From an uncultured Chloroflexia bacterium (GTDB taxonomy: Bacteria; Chloroflexota; Anaerolineae; JAAYZQ01), in the NCBI GenBank assembly GCA_963700285.1, contig CAVOXA010000022.1:256001-320000 (forward strand): DNA of 64,000 nt. Direction: 5' to 3'. The notes below the pieces were generated by a model that was not told where the DNA came from, ran no database searches, and worked only from the letters and a program-made list of their open reading frames with translations. The position numbers were made by a program, and so were the translations under genes. Below are positions 50,587-60,572 of this stretch, piece after piece. Numbering within the stretch: position 1 is the stretch's first letter; each line of letters starts with the position of its first letter.

Positions 50587-50888
50587 ATGGTACACCAAAT
50601 CACCGATAGGGGTATTCTTGTCAAGGCCACTAGTGAGGAGTTGGTCCAGCTTCCCGAGCACAGGCCCCGGGACCAGGCAGAAGTACTGGCCGAGTTGAGG
50701 GCACAACTGGATGCGGCGCCATCGAAACAGATGCTGATCTCCTTGTTCTGGGGCGCCCGAGGCCTGACTCGGACCACAGTGTGTTCGAGATCGATGAATT
50801 CCATCAGTTCATGGCCGAGCTGGACTTTGGCGGCGACCTGCGTACGATTGAGGTCAGGCCGCCGCCAGACGTTGGAACAATTCCGTAA
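50587..50888 (+). CDS. Hypothetical protein, probable frameshift near 50760
   Basis: MVHQITDRGILVKA...ISLFWG continues as DSDHSVFEIDEFHQFMAELDFGGDLRTIEV in another frame. Confidence 0.4.
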
Positions 50889-51055
50889 GCTCGCTGTCGC
50901 AGTTGTCATTCACTGTGGGGCCTGGTTCAAGCCCTGGCGACAGTCTGGCCAGAGGCCAAGCCGGATCTTTTTCTACGGTAGAAACGGCCATCCGGTCGCA
51001 GCCCTGGGCGCTTTGAGATCGAAATCAGACCACGATAGAAAGGAGGTGAGTTCAA

Positions 51056-51271
51056 TTGGCAACCGTCGCATTAAGATCGGGAGAGTCCCAAGAGCAATTG
51101 CTCAAACGCTTTCGCAAAGTAGTTCAGCGCGAGCGCGTCTTGAGTGAGGTCAGAAAGAGGCGATTTTTCTTATCGGATAGTGAAAAGAGGCGCAACGCTC
51201 TTCGCAAGGCGCAGCGTCGTGAACGCAAACGCCAATCGAAGCGGCAGAGATGGCAACATGGGTATTCGTGA
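51056..51271 (+). CDS. rpsU: 30S ribosomal protein bS21
   Basis: AAAGGAGGTGA RBS; LRSGESQEQLLKRFRKVVQRERVLSEVRKRRFFLSDSEKRR. Confidence 0.88.
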   Translation: MATVALRSGESQEQLLKRFRKVVQRERVLSEVRKRRFFLSDSEKRRNALRKAQRRERKRQSKRQRWQHGYS

Positions 51272-51580
51272 GAAACTGCTCTGAGGCTGCCACAAAACGC
51301 CAGCGCGCCTGGAGAACCCGGCACAACGCCCGAGCTGCCTGCACAAGAGGGCGCGGAGAATCTATAGTTTCTCTCTGTTGTTGGTGGTTCACCAAGGTTT
51401 GAATTGGTGCTTTTGGCGGCCCGCGAGCTGCCCAGCCGGCCTTCGATCCCCACCTCAGCCTGCCGCCGGCCCTCCACGGCGGCGTTTGACAGAGCGCGGC
51501 CTGTATGATAGGATGTCTCTGACGCAGCCGCCCTGAAACCCTGCAAGCGGGGCGCTACGCCCATCGGCGAGGGGACAAGG

Positions 51581-53479
51581 ATGATCAAGGCCACAGGAAA
51601 ATGGCTCAAAGATGAACATGGCCGTACGGTCCTCCTCCGTGGCGTGAATCTGGGCGGCAGCAGCAAGGTGCCCCGCACCCCCGATGGGGCGACGCACAAC
51701 CGCCAGGGCTTCTTTGACCACCGCGACGTCTCCTTTGTCGGCCGGCCCTTTCCCCTGGAAGATGCGGACGAACACCTGCGGCGGCTTCTTGCCTGGGGTT
51801 TCAGTACCGTGCGCTTGCTGGTCACCTGGGAGGCCGTCGAGCATGCCGGCCCAGGTATTTACGACCGCGCCTACCTGGATTACCTCTACCAGCTCATCGA
51901 ACGGGCCGAGGCGATGGGCATCGGAGTGATCGTCGACCCCCATCAGGATGTGTGGAGCCGCTTTTCCGGGGGCGATGGCGCGCCCGGTTGGACGCTGGAA
52001 CTGGCGGGCATGGATATGCGCAGGTTCGGCGAGACCGGGGCGGCGTTGGTCCACCAGATCGAGGGCGATCCCCTGCCGCGCATGATCTGGCCCTCCAATG
52101 CCAACCGCTTTGCCTGCGCCACCATGTTCACCCTCTTTTTCGGCGGCAACGACTTTGCGCCGGATCTCAAGGTGGACGGCACTCCCATCCAAGAGTACCT
52201 GCAGGCCCACTTTGTCGGGGCCATGCGTCAGGTTGCCCACCGCCTGCGGCGTTTGACCAACGTGGTGGGCTATGAAACGATGAACGAACCACTGTGCGGC
52301 TACATCGGCGCCACGGATCTCGACGGCTTTGTGGCCCCCGTCGTGGCCTATGGCAAGTGCCCCACGATTTTGGAGGGCATGCTGCTGGCCGCCGGCCACC
52401 CCCAGGACGTGGAGGAGCGCGGTATGCTGCCCCATCCCCTGGCCCGCTCCAGGGTGATCGTGGTCAATAGCGACTGCGTGTCCCTCTGGCTGGACGGTCA
52501 CGAGCCCATCTGGCAGCGGCACGGCGTCTGGGACTTGGAACCAAATGGGGAGCCGGTCATTCTGCGCCCTGATTACTTTGCCCGGGTCGGCGGCCGGTCC
52601 GTCGTCTTTGACCGGGACTATTTCTACCCCTTTGTCGAGCGCTACGTCCGCGAGCTGCGGCAGATAGCTCCCGACTCGGTCTTTTTCCTGAGCCCTCCGC
52701 CTGCCCTCCTTTCGGGGCACGGCGAGGACCGCTGCCCGCTCATCTGCAAGCACAACCTGGTGCACGCGCCCCACTGGTACGACCATCTGACCCTGGGTTT
52801 TCAGCGCTACATCCCCTGGTTGGGCCTCGACGTCCGCGAGGGGCGGCCCCAGTGGCGGCTGGGACGGGAGCGGATCCGGCGCGACTTTGCGCGGCAGGTC
52901 GGGCGCCTGGTGCAGCGTTCCGCCGAACTGGCCGAGGGCGTGCCCACCTGGGTGGGCGAGACCGGCATCCCCTTCAACCTCAACGGCGGAGAGGCGTACC
53001 ACAGCGGCGATTTTGACCCACAGGTGGAGGCCATGGACGACACGCTGCAAGCGCTGGAAGCCAATCTGGTGGGCTATGCCCTGTGGAACTATACCGCCGA
53101 CAACAACAACCTGCGCGGCGACCAGTGGAACGGCGAAGACCTGTCCATCTACAGCCCGGCCCAGGAAACCGGCACAAGAGAGTTGGACGATGGGGGGCGG
53201 GCGCTGGAAGCCGTGGTCCGGCCCCACGCCCTGAACGTGGCCGGCGAGCCGCTGCGGATGTCATTTGACATAAAAACCAAAGTCTTTCAGTTCCAGTTCC
53301 GACCCGATCGCGAGATCCTCGCCCCCACCGAGTTCTTTGTGCCCAAGCTCCAGTACCCCAACGGCTACCGGGTCCTGGCCACCGGCGGCTCCTGCGAGCC
53401 GGACGACGAGAGCCAGCGGCTGGTCTACGTCGTCCAGAGCGACGACGAGGAGCACTCCCTGCTCATCGAGCCGGCCTAG
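51581..53479 (+). CDS. GH5 endoglycoceramidase-like glycoside hydrolase
   Basis: LRGVNLGGSSK, TWEAVEH.GPG.YD, DPHQDVWSRFSGGDGAP, MNEP, GETG, WNY. Confidence 0.9.
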   Translation: MIKATGKWLKDEHGRTVLLRGVNLGGSSKVPRTPDGATHNRQGFFDHRDVSFVGRPFPLEDADEHLRRLLAWGFSTVRLLVTWEAVEHAGPGIYDRAYLDYLYQLIERAEAMGIGVIVDPHQDVWSRFSGGDGAPGWTLELAGMDMRRFGETGAALVHQIEGDPLPRMIWPSNANRFACATMFTLFFGGNDFAPDLKVDGTPIQEYLQAHFVGAMRQVAHRLRRLTNVVGYETMNEPLCGYIGATDLDGFVAPVVAYGKCPTILEGMLLAAGHPQDVEERGMLPHPLARSRVIVVNSDCVSLWLDGHEPIWQRHGVWDLEPNGEPVILRPDYFARVGGRSVVFDRDYFYPFVERYVRELRQIAPDSVFFLSPPPALLSGHGEDRCPLICKHNLVHAPHWYDHLTLGFQRYIPWLGLDVREGRPQWRLGRERIRRDFARQVGRLVQRSAELAEGVPTWVGETGIPFNLNGGEAYHSGDFDPQVEAMDDTLQALEANLVGYALWNYTADNNNLRGDQWNGEDLSIYSPAQETGTRELDDGGRALEAVVRPHALNVAGEPLRMSFDIKTKVFQFQFRPDREILAPTEFFVPKLQYPNGYRVLATGGSCEPDDESQRLVYVVQSDDEEHSLLIEPA

Positions 53480-53497
53480 ACCGCGCCCAAAAGAGCC

Positions 53498-53531
53498 AGA
53501 CTTCCGAATTCTTCCTAGAATTCGGAAGTCT
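53498..53531. repeat. Perfect 15-bp-arm inverted repeat between convergent genes
   Basis: AGACTTCCGAATTCT-TCCT-AGAATTCGGAAGTCT. Confidence 0.7.
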
Positions 53532-53596
53532 CAAGATGGGCGAAGGTCTCCCGACCGAGCCCCACGGCGTCCGTCACAGACCTCGCCGAACACTCC

Positions 53597-54241
53597 TCAT
53601 TCGCCCACCATCAACCGCCGGCACAGCTCCACGCCGGCCACGGCATCCGTGCTCCATGAATCGGCGCCCACGTACTGGCGCACCTGTTCGTCGATCTGCC
53701 CGCCGCCGATGATGATGTGGCCCTGGTGGCCCCCGGCGCGCAGCAGGCTGACGGTTTCGCGCATGGCCTCGTAAGAGTTGGTCAGCAGCCCCGACAGGCC
53801 CACGATGTGGGGTTCGATCTCCAGGACTTGCTGGACAAATCGAGGGGGAGGGACGTCCACGCCCAGGTCGTACACGGCAAATTGCTGGCAGGTCAACAGC
53901 ATGTTCACAATATTTTTGCCCAAGTCGTGGATGTCGCCCTGGACCGTGCCCAGTAGCACGCGGCCGCCTGAGGTTTTGCCTGACATCTGCTCCTCGACCA
54001 CAGGCTGAACCAGCTTTATGATCTGGCCAAAGATCTCGCCGCCCATGATCAAGCCTGACAAGAAATACTCCTGGCGCTCGTAGCGCTCGCCGACCTGGAT
54101 CATCCCCGCCCGGCAGTCGCTCATGATGTGCAGGGGGTCGTCCCCGTCCGCCACGCGCCGGCGGACCTGGGCCAGCGCTTCCTCTTCCCGCAGCTCGGCG
54201 ATGGCCCGGCTCAACCCGGCACCGCTGTCTGATCCCTCCAT
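53597..54241 (-). CDS. Corrinoid (B12-binding) protein
   Basis: GTVQGDIHDLGKNIV, DLGVDV, VGLSGLLT, IGGG. Confidence 0.92.
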   Translation of the reverse strand: MEGSDSGAGLSRAIAELREEEALAQVRRRVADGDDPLHIMSDCRAGMIQVGERYERQEYFLSGLIMGGEIFGQIIKLVQPVVEEQMSGKTSGGRVLLGTVQGDIHDLGKNIVNMLLTCQQFAVYDLGVDVPPPRFVQQVLEIEPHIVGLSGLLTNSYEAMRETVSLLRAGGHQGHIIIGGGQIDEQVRQYVGADSWSTDAVAGVELCRRLMVGE

Positions 54242-54244
54242 GCG

Positions 54245-55006
54245 CTACGCGGCTCCTTGTTCCTGAATACCCACCGTGGTCGTGAAACGCAACCGGTCGC
54301 CGGGGCAGATGAACCAACCCCAACTCACCGGTTGCTCATCAAAATCGTAAAAGAGATGCTCCAGGCGGAAGGCGGCGGCCGCCACCGGCGCTTTCAGCAG
54401 CCGGGCCTCGTCCTCGGTCAGCACGGTGGCCTCGATGGCAAACTCGCCCCGTTTCAGCGCGGATCCGCCTGTGCCCGCGAACAGGCCGCGCAGCGAAGTC
54501 ACTTCCATCTCTGCCTCGATCAGCGGCCGCCCCGGATCATAGATCAGGTGCTCGCGGTGGTAGAGGGCCGGCTCGCCCTGCCGGGAGATGAGCCGCCGCA
54601 GTAGGACCGTGTGCTGGCCGGGCTGGATGGCCAGCTTTTGCGCCGTGCGCTCCGTGGCCGACTCGATGCGCGCCTCCAGGATGTGGACCGCGGTCTGGGC
54701 CTCGTCGCGAAAGAGGCGCTGCAGGCCGTCCAGGTCGAAGGCAGCGGTGCCCAGTTCCAGCGACTTGACAAAGGTGCCCCGGCCCTGGGCTGTGCTGACC
54801 ACGCCCTGGTCGGCCAGAATATTGATAGAGCGGCGCACGGTCATGGGGCTGACCCCATAGCGCTGGCATAACTGCGCCTCGGAGGGCAGGCGGTCGCCAG
54901 GGCGGTAGGCGCCCGCGGCCACCTGCCCCCGCAGGATGGCCACCAGTTGGGCGTAGGCCGGTTCGTATGAGTCGCGGTCGATCTCGACGGATCCTGGTTC
55001 TGCCAA
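54245..55006 (-). CDS. GntR family regulator with UTRA domain
   Basis: PGDRLPSEAQLCQRYGVSPMTVRRSI...QGRGTFV. Confidence 0.92.
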   Translation of the reverse strand: MAEPGSVEIDRDSYEPAYAQLVAILRGQVAAGAYRPGDRLPSEAQLCQRYGVSPMTVRRSINILADQGVVSTAQGRGTFVKSLELGTAAFDLDGLQRLFRDEAQTAVHILEARIESATERTAQKLAIQPGQHTVLLRRLISRQGEPALYHREHLIYDPGRPLIEAEMEVTSLRGLFAGTGGSALKRGEFAIEATVLTEDEARLLKAPVAAAAFRLEHLFYDFDEQPVSWGWFICPGDRLRFTTTVGIQEQGAA

Positions 55007-55035
55007 GTCTGTCCTCGCTGGTTATTCCCTAGTTC

Positions 55036-55117
55036 ACTATAGAACCATTTGGCGAAACTGTCAAGTTTGGCACCGGGCGCCTCTCGATTTGACAACTTCC
55101 CTATATAACTATATAAT
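55036..55117. promoter_or_regulatory. Divergent sigma70 promoters with a candidate operator
   Basis: Plus strand TTGACA(55089)-17-TATAAT; minus strand TTGACA(55064)-17-TATAGT; quasi-palindrome TATATAACTATATA overlaps the plus -10 box. Confidence 0.7.
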
Positions 55118-55129
55118 TAGCCTCGACCA

Positions 55130-55230
55130 TTTGCCAGAGCTGCTGCGTGGTAGCAGTCTCCTTCTGACGAACAGGGGATCGCTTCAGTCGCTACGCTCCT
55201 TCGCGATGACCATGTTGCAGCAGCCCTGAC
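55130..55230 (-). mobile_element. MITE/RPE-like element in the 5' leader
   Basis: Reverse strand GGCTGCTGCAAC-GTCATCGCGAAGGAGC...GAAGCGATCCC; same family as 21920 and 34283. Confidence 0.55.
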
Positions 55231-55280
55231 CATTGGACGCAGTACAATCCGGGGTGCGTGCCCCAAATGAGGAGGAAGCC

Positions 55281-55914
55281 ATGTCACAGGAGTTGGTCGA
55301 GGCGTTTGTCGATCTGCGCGAAGAGGACGCGCTGCGGATCGCAACCGGGATGCTGGAGGACGGCAGCGATCCCATGGAGGTGCTGGACGCCTGTCAAGGA
55401 AGCGCTGCAGGTCATTGGCAAGCGCTTTGAGGAGGGCCAGGCATTTGTCCCCGAGCTGATCATGGCCGGCGAAATCATGGGCGACATCACCGCCGTCGTC
55501 AAGCCCAGGCTGGCCGACCAGGGCCCCGAGCAGAAGTTGGGCAAGGTGCTGGTCGGCACCGTGGCCGGCGACATCCACGACATCGGCAAGGATATCGTCG
55601 TTTTTATGCTGGATGTCAACGGCATCGATGTCCTGGACCTGGGCGTGGATGTGCCTCCCGAGACCTTTGTGGAAAAGATCAAAGAGTTCCAGCCCGCTGT
55701 CGTGGGCATGAGCGGTCTGCTGACGGTCTCGTTCGAAGGCATGAAAAAGACCGTGGACGCCATCGAGGAGGCCGGCCTGCGCGACAGCGTCAAGATCATG
55801 ATCGGTGGCGCGCCGGTGGATGACTTTGTACAGGCCTATGCCGGCGCCGATGCCTGGGGCAAGGACGCCATGACCGCCGTGTCCCTGGCCAAGAACTGGA
55901 TAGGAGCGAGCTGA
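55281..55914 (+). CDS. Methyltransferase cognate corrinoid protein, frameshift near 55395
   Basis: GAGGAGG RBS; MSQELVEAF...; GTVAGDIHDIGKDIV, VGMSGLLT, MIGGAP. Confidence 0.9.
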
Positions 55915-55915
55915 A

Positions 55916-57163
55916 ATGACCACACCGCAAGAGCAGTTGGAAGCCCGAAAAAAGCGCGTCGCCGACGCGGTGGCCCTCCAGGTCCCCGACCGGGTGCCGC
56001 TGTTCATGGAATACCACCAGTTCCCGGCGCCCTACGCCGGCATGACCCTGGAGGAGGCCTGGCACGACCTGGACAAGTGGCTGGCCGCCTATGGCCAGGC
56101 CATCAGGGACTTTGAGCCCGATATCTATATGCCACCAGACGCTGGCATTTTCACCAGCGGCAACGTCCATGCCATCCTGGGCAACCGCCAGATCAAATGG
56201 CCGGGCCACGGTGTTCCGGCCGACGTGACCTTCCAGTTCGTCGAGGGCGAGTACATGCTGCCCGAAGAGTACGACGAGTTCCTGGCCGACCCCACCGACT
56301 TTATCATCCGCAAGTACGTGCCCCGCATCTACGGCGCGCTCGAGGGCTTTGCCATGCTGCCGCCTTTGCAGAGTTTCGCCATGGGCTACGCCGGGGCCGG
56401 GCTGGCGGGCGTCTTTGCCGCTCCGCCCATTGCCGCCTCATTGGAGGCCCTGTCCAAGGCCGCCGCTGAGGCCGCGCAGTGGATGTACGGCTACGGCGCT
56501 TTCGGCCAGCAGATGCAGGCCGAGGGCTACCTGCCCTGGATCGGCGGCGTGGCCATCGTGCCCTTTGACCTGGTCTCGGACATGCTGCGCGGCATGCGCG
56601 GCGCCATGATCGACATGTACCGCCGCCCGGAGAAGCTGCTGGCCCTGGAGGAGCGGGTCCTGCCCATGCTCCTTGGCGGCGCCATCGGCGGGGCTAAGAT
56701 GAGCGGCATCGACCGCGTCTTTATCGCCCTGCATCGCGGCGCCGACGGTTTCATGTCCCTGGAGCAGTTCGAGACCTTCTACTGGCCCGGTCTCGAGGCC
56801 ATGATTCTGGCCCTCATCGACGCCGGCATCACCCCCTGTCCCTTCTTCGAAGGCGTCTACGACCAGCGCCTGGAGTACCTGAAGGGGTTGCCCAAGGGCA
56901 AGATCATGGGGCTCTTTGACCGCACCGATCTGGTCAGGGCCAAGCGGGAAATCGGCGACATGATGTGCATCGCCGGCGGCATGCCCTCCTCCCTGCTGCA
57001 GACCGGGACGCCCGACCAGGTCCGCGATTATACCAAAAAGACCATCGACGAGCTGGGCAAGGACGGCGGTTTCATCATGGCCACCAGCACCGTACTGGAC
57101 GATGCCAACCCCGAGTTGGTCAGAGTCTGGGCCGAAACCACCAAGGAATACGGCAAGTACTGA
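55916..57163 (+). CDS. Uroporphyrinogen decarboxylase-family (MtaA/CmuA-like) methyltransferase
   Basis: VPDRVP, MYRRPE, FMSLEQFETFYWP, IAGGMPSSLLQTGTPDQV, GGFIM. Confidence 0.85.
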   Translation: MTTPQEQLEARKKRVADAVALQVPDRVPLFMEYHQFPAPYAGMTLEEAWHDLDKWLAAYGQAIRDFEPDIYMPPDAGIFTSGNVHAILGNRQIKWPGHGVPADVTFQFVEGEYMLPEEYDEFLADPTDFIIRKYVPRIYGALEGFAMLPPLQSFAMGYAGAGLAGVFAAPPIAASLEALSKAAAEAAQWMYGYGAFGQQMQAEGYLPWIGGVAIVPFDLVSDMLRGMRGAMIDMYRRPEKLLALEERVLPMLLGGAIGGAKMSGIDRVFIALHRGADGFMSLEQFETFYWPGLEAMILALIDAGITPCPFFEGVYDQRLEYLKGLPKGKIMGLFDRTDLVRAKREIGDMMCIAGGMPSSLLQTGTPDQVRDYTKKTIDELGKDGGFIMATSTVLDDANPELVRVWAETTKEYGKY

Positions 57164-57496
57164 TCTCAACAACCAGACTGGTCCAGTCTTCCGAGGCTGG
57201 GCCAGTCCATCCTGACGCTCCACACGGATAGCAGTGGAGTGGAGCATCCCCGATGCGGAACGGGCTTACCATGGCATCAGCCGCTCGCTCGAGGCTGGTA
57301 GCAACCGATCGTGCGCATTACGCCTAGTTGAGCTGAGACAACCACTACGATTGTGGTGGCACCACGTTTGCTGGCATGGTCTTGTCTCGAATGCACTGTC
57401 AGGGTTGGTGTCACCGCGGGGCACTTGTCCCAGCGAGTGTTGCCCCCCTGTTTCTCTCGTGGTATAATGCCTCGTGCAAACGGGAGGACACACAGG

Positions 57497-60276
57497 ATGA
57501 ACTCAAGGAATCAATCTGGCGGTCCACCTACTGCCGCCAAGCGGGCGAACGGCGCTGACTCCCTGCCGCTCCTGGTCACCAAGCTCTACCGCCCACCGGT
57601 CACTCCCGACCTGGAACAGCGCACTCGTCTGATGGAACGCCTGGACCGCAACCGCCAGCGACCGTTGACCCTGATCTCGGCGCCGGCCGGATACGGCAAG
57701 ACCATGTTGGCCAGCATGTGGCTGGAAACCTGTGGCTGCTCCAGTGCCTGGCTCTCGCTGGACGAAGCGGACAACGATCTGGATACCTTTGTGCGCTATC
57801 TGCTGGCTGCGGTGCGCAGCGCCTTTCCAACCCTGGAGCTCAAGACCGAGTCTCTGCTGGACGCGCCTACCGTGGCCCCGGCACCCGTGCTGGCGCGCTA
57901 CCTGCTGAACGATCTGGCCCAGATCGAGGAGCGGTTCATCCTGGCCCTGGACGATATGCACCTGATCCAGGAGCAGGCCATCCATGAGCTCCTGGGCAAG
58001 CTGTTGCAGCACTCGCCCCCCTCCCTGCACTTGGTGCTCATCGGCCGCCACGATCCCGACCTGCCGATCCCCTCCTTGCGCGCCCGCAGCCAGGTCACCG
58101 AGATCCGCGCCCAGGACCTGCGTTTCACGCCTGAGGAAACGGCCGGACTGTTGCGGCAGATGCTCCAGCGCGAGGTCGACGATGGGGTGGCAGCGGAATG
58201 GACGCAGCGGACGGAGGGCTGGGTGACGGCCTTGCGCCTGGCGGCCCTGTCGATGCGCCACCGGGATGGTCGGACGATCTCGCCGTGAGCATCGAGGGAG
58301 ACAGCCGCTACCTCCGGGAGTACTTGCTGGCCGAAGTGCTGTCGCGCCTGCCGGTTTCTGAACAGGCTTTGCTGCTCAAGACGTCCATCCTGGACCGTTT
58401 CTGTGCACCGCTGATCGAGGCTGTGTGCCTGACAGATTCTGATGAGTCTGTGAGCTTGGCCAACGTGACAGGACAAGTCTTTATCTCCCGGCTGCAGCGT
58501 GAGAACCTGTTCCTCGTCCCCTTGGATGATCGCGGGGAGTGGTTCCGTTTCCACCACCTCTTTCAGCAGCACTTGCTGACAATGCTTCGGGGACAGGTGG
58601 GCGCCGCTGAGGTTGCAGCCTTGCGCCTGCGCGCCAGCCGCTGGTTTGCCGAACACGATCTGGTCGAAGACGCGATCCAGTACGCGCTGGCAGCCGCGGA
58701 TGCCGACGCCGCCGTGCATCTCGTCGAGCAGCAGTGCTACGACCTGATGAACACAGAACAGTGGAGTCGCCTGAAACGCTGGCTGACGTGGCTTTCGGAA
58801 GACGTAGTGGCGCAGCACGCATCCTTGTTGTCTGCACAGGCGTACCTAGCCCTGTATCGTGGTGAGGACCTGAAGATGGTTACTTCAGTGCAGCAGGCAG
58901 AGCGCCTGCTGGTCACACTGCCCCCACAGGCTGCAGAGCGTCAGATCGTCCAGGCTGAACTCGCAGTAATCCAGGGGGGGATGGGCATCATAGGAGATCA
59001 GCCAACCCGTGCCATCGCCACCGCCCGCAAAAGCCTGGAAGTGCTGCCGCCACAGGCGCAGCACATCCGATCGATAGCGATTGACATCATCGCGATTGGC
59101 CTGCAGATGCAGGGCGACCTGAGACAGTCTGTTTCCTTGATGAAAAACGTCCTGGCAGATCCTTCTTGGGCCGCTGGATTGCATGTCAAGATGGCGCATT
59201 CTCTGTGTATCGCTTGCTTCCAAGCGGGAGATCTCGGCGGCGTACTACGATTCGCTCGTGAGTACCTGCCGATTGCAGAACAGCGCTACCCTGGAGAGTC
59301 TCTGAGTTTTGTGAGGCATAACCTGGGCAGCGCCCACTATCTGCGCAACGAATTCGCGCAGGCAGAACCCTACCTGCTCGCCCTGTGGCAAGACCGCGCC
59401 ACGTCGGCCCCGCAATACTTGGCGATGGGTGTATTCGCGCTAGCACTCATCTATCTGTCCCAAGATCGCTTGGTGGAGGCTGAGCAGGTCGTCGATCGGC
59501 TGAGCGCATACCTCCGGGAAACAGGGGATACGCATGCCCTCGCCAACACGGAGGCATTCCGGGTGGAACTGGCACTCCGAAAAGGGGACCTGGCCGAGGC
59601 CCGCTACCTGAGCAGAAGCATCGACTTCGACTTGCGCCCCCCCATCTGGTTCTTTTACGTGCCCCAACTCACCGCGATCAGACTGCTGCTGGCTGAAGGG
59701 AGCGACCAGAGCCTGGATGAGGCACGGACGCGGCTGGATGCGTTGGATGAGCAGATGCGCAAGATCCATCGCAACAATGTGCGCATTGACGTGCTGGCGC
59801 TGCTGGCATTGGTCAACGACGCTCTGGGCGACGAGCTGGCGGCGATGGAGAAACTGGGGGCCGCCCTGACACTGGGCGAGCCTGGTGGCTTTATCCGCAC
59901 CTTTGTCGATCTAGGCCCGCCGATGGCTGGGCTGCTAGTCCGTTTGAAGGAGCAACAGACCGGCCGTGGGCTGGCAGCATACGTGGATCAGATCCTGGCT
60001 ACTTTTCCGGATGAGGCTCGCGAGACCGAGAAACCCGAGCCGGCGCCTGCCCGGATTCAGCCGCCAGTGATGCCCTTGACCAACCCCCTGACCCGCCGCG
60101 AAGTACAGGTCGTGAAGCTGTTGGCTACGGATCTCTCCCCACAGGAGATTGCCGCCAAGTTGGTCATTTCCCCTCATACCCTGAATAACCACACCAAAAA
60201 AATCTACCGCAAGCTGGACGCCCACAAACGCGCGGGAGCTGTCCAGCGGGCCAGGGAAATGGGCCTGGTCCACTAG
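57497..60276 (+). CDS. MalT-like (LAL) ATP-dependent LuxR regulator, frameshift near 58270
   Basis: TKLYRP, SAPAGYGKT, LDDMH, TEGW, WFRFHHLF; C-terminal LTRREVQV HTH. Confidence 0.9.
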
Positions 60277-60304
60277 ACGCCAGGGGATCCTCACCAGGTC
60301 TTGA

Positions 60305-60332
60305 GAGACGGCTGCCACGGCCGTCTCTTTTT
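60305..60332 (+). terminator. Intrinsic terminator
   Basis: GAGACGGC-loop-GCCGTCTC-TTTTT. Confidence 0.8.
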
Positions 60333-60572
60333 GATGTACAGAGCCCTCCCCAGAGAAATATGCCTAAAAAATGCCTAAAGTTAGTGTGAATTTCTCTAAT
60401 TTAGTTATTGAAAATCATCTAGGAATCTGCTATAGTTGGAGATTGGGACGTTCGAATACTCACCCAACCTGAGTACAGGACAGGAACAGCAGCTCCGGCA
60501 GGATTTTGGTGGTGCATAGATGGACGAACTGGATTCGCTGACCATGAGTATATCGAACAAAAGGAGACAAAA

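Noticed and set aside
55120-55280. Cobalamin riboswitch upstream of the corrinoid gene
   Set aside because: No recognisable B12 box; the sequence matches the dispersed MITE-like family instead.
4600-58300. Programmed frameshifting at about 4620, 11455, 12715, 20845, 50760, 55395 and 58270
   Set aside because: No shared slippery motif and the genes are unrelated. Sequencing or assembly indels are more likely; read-level checking is needed.
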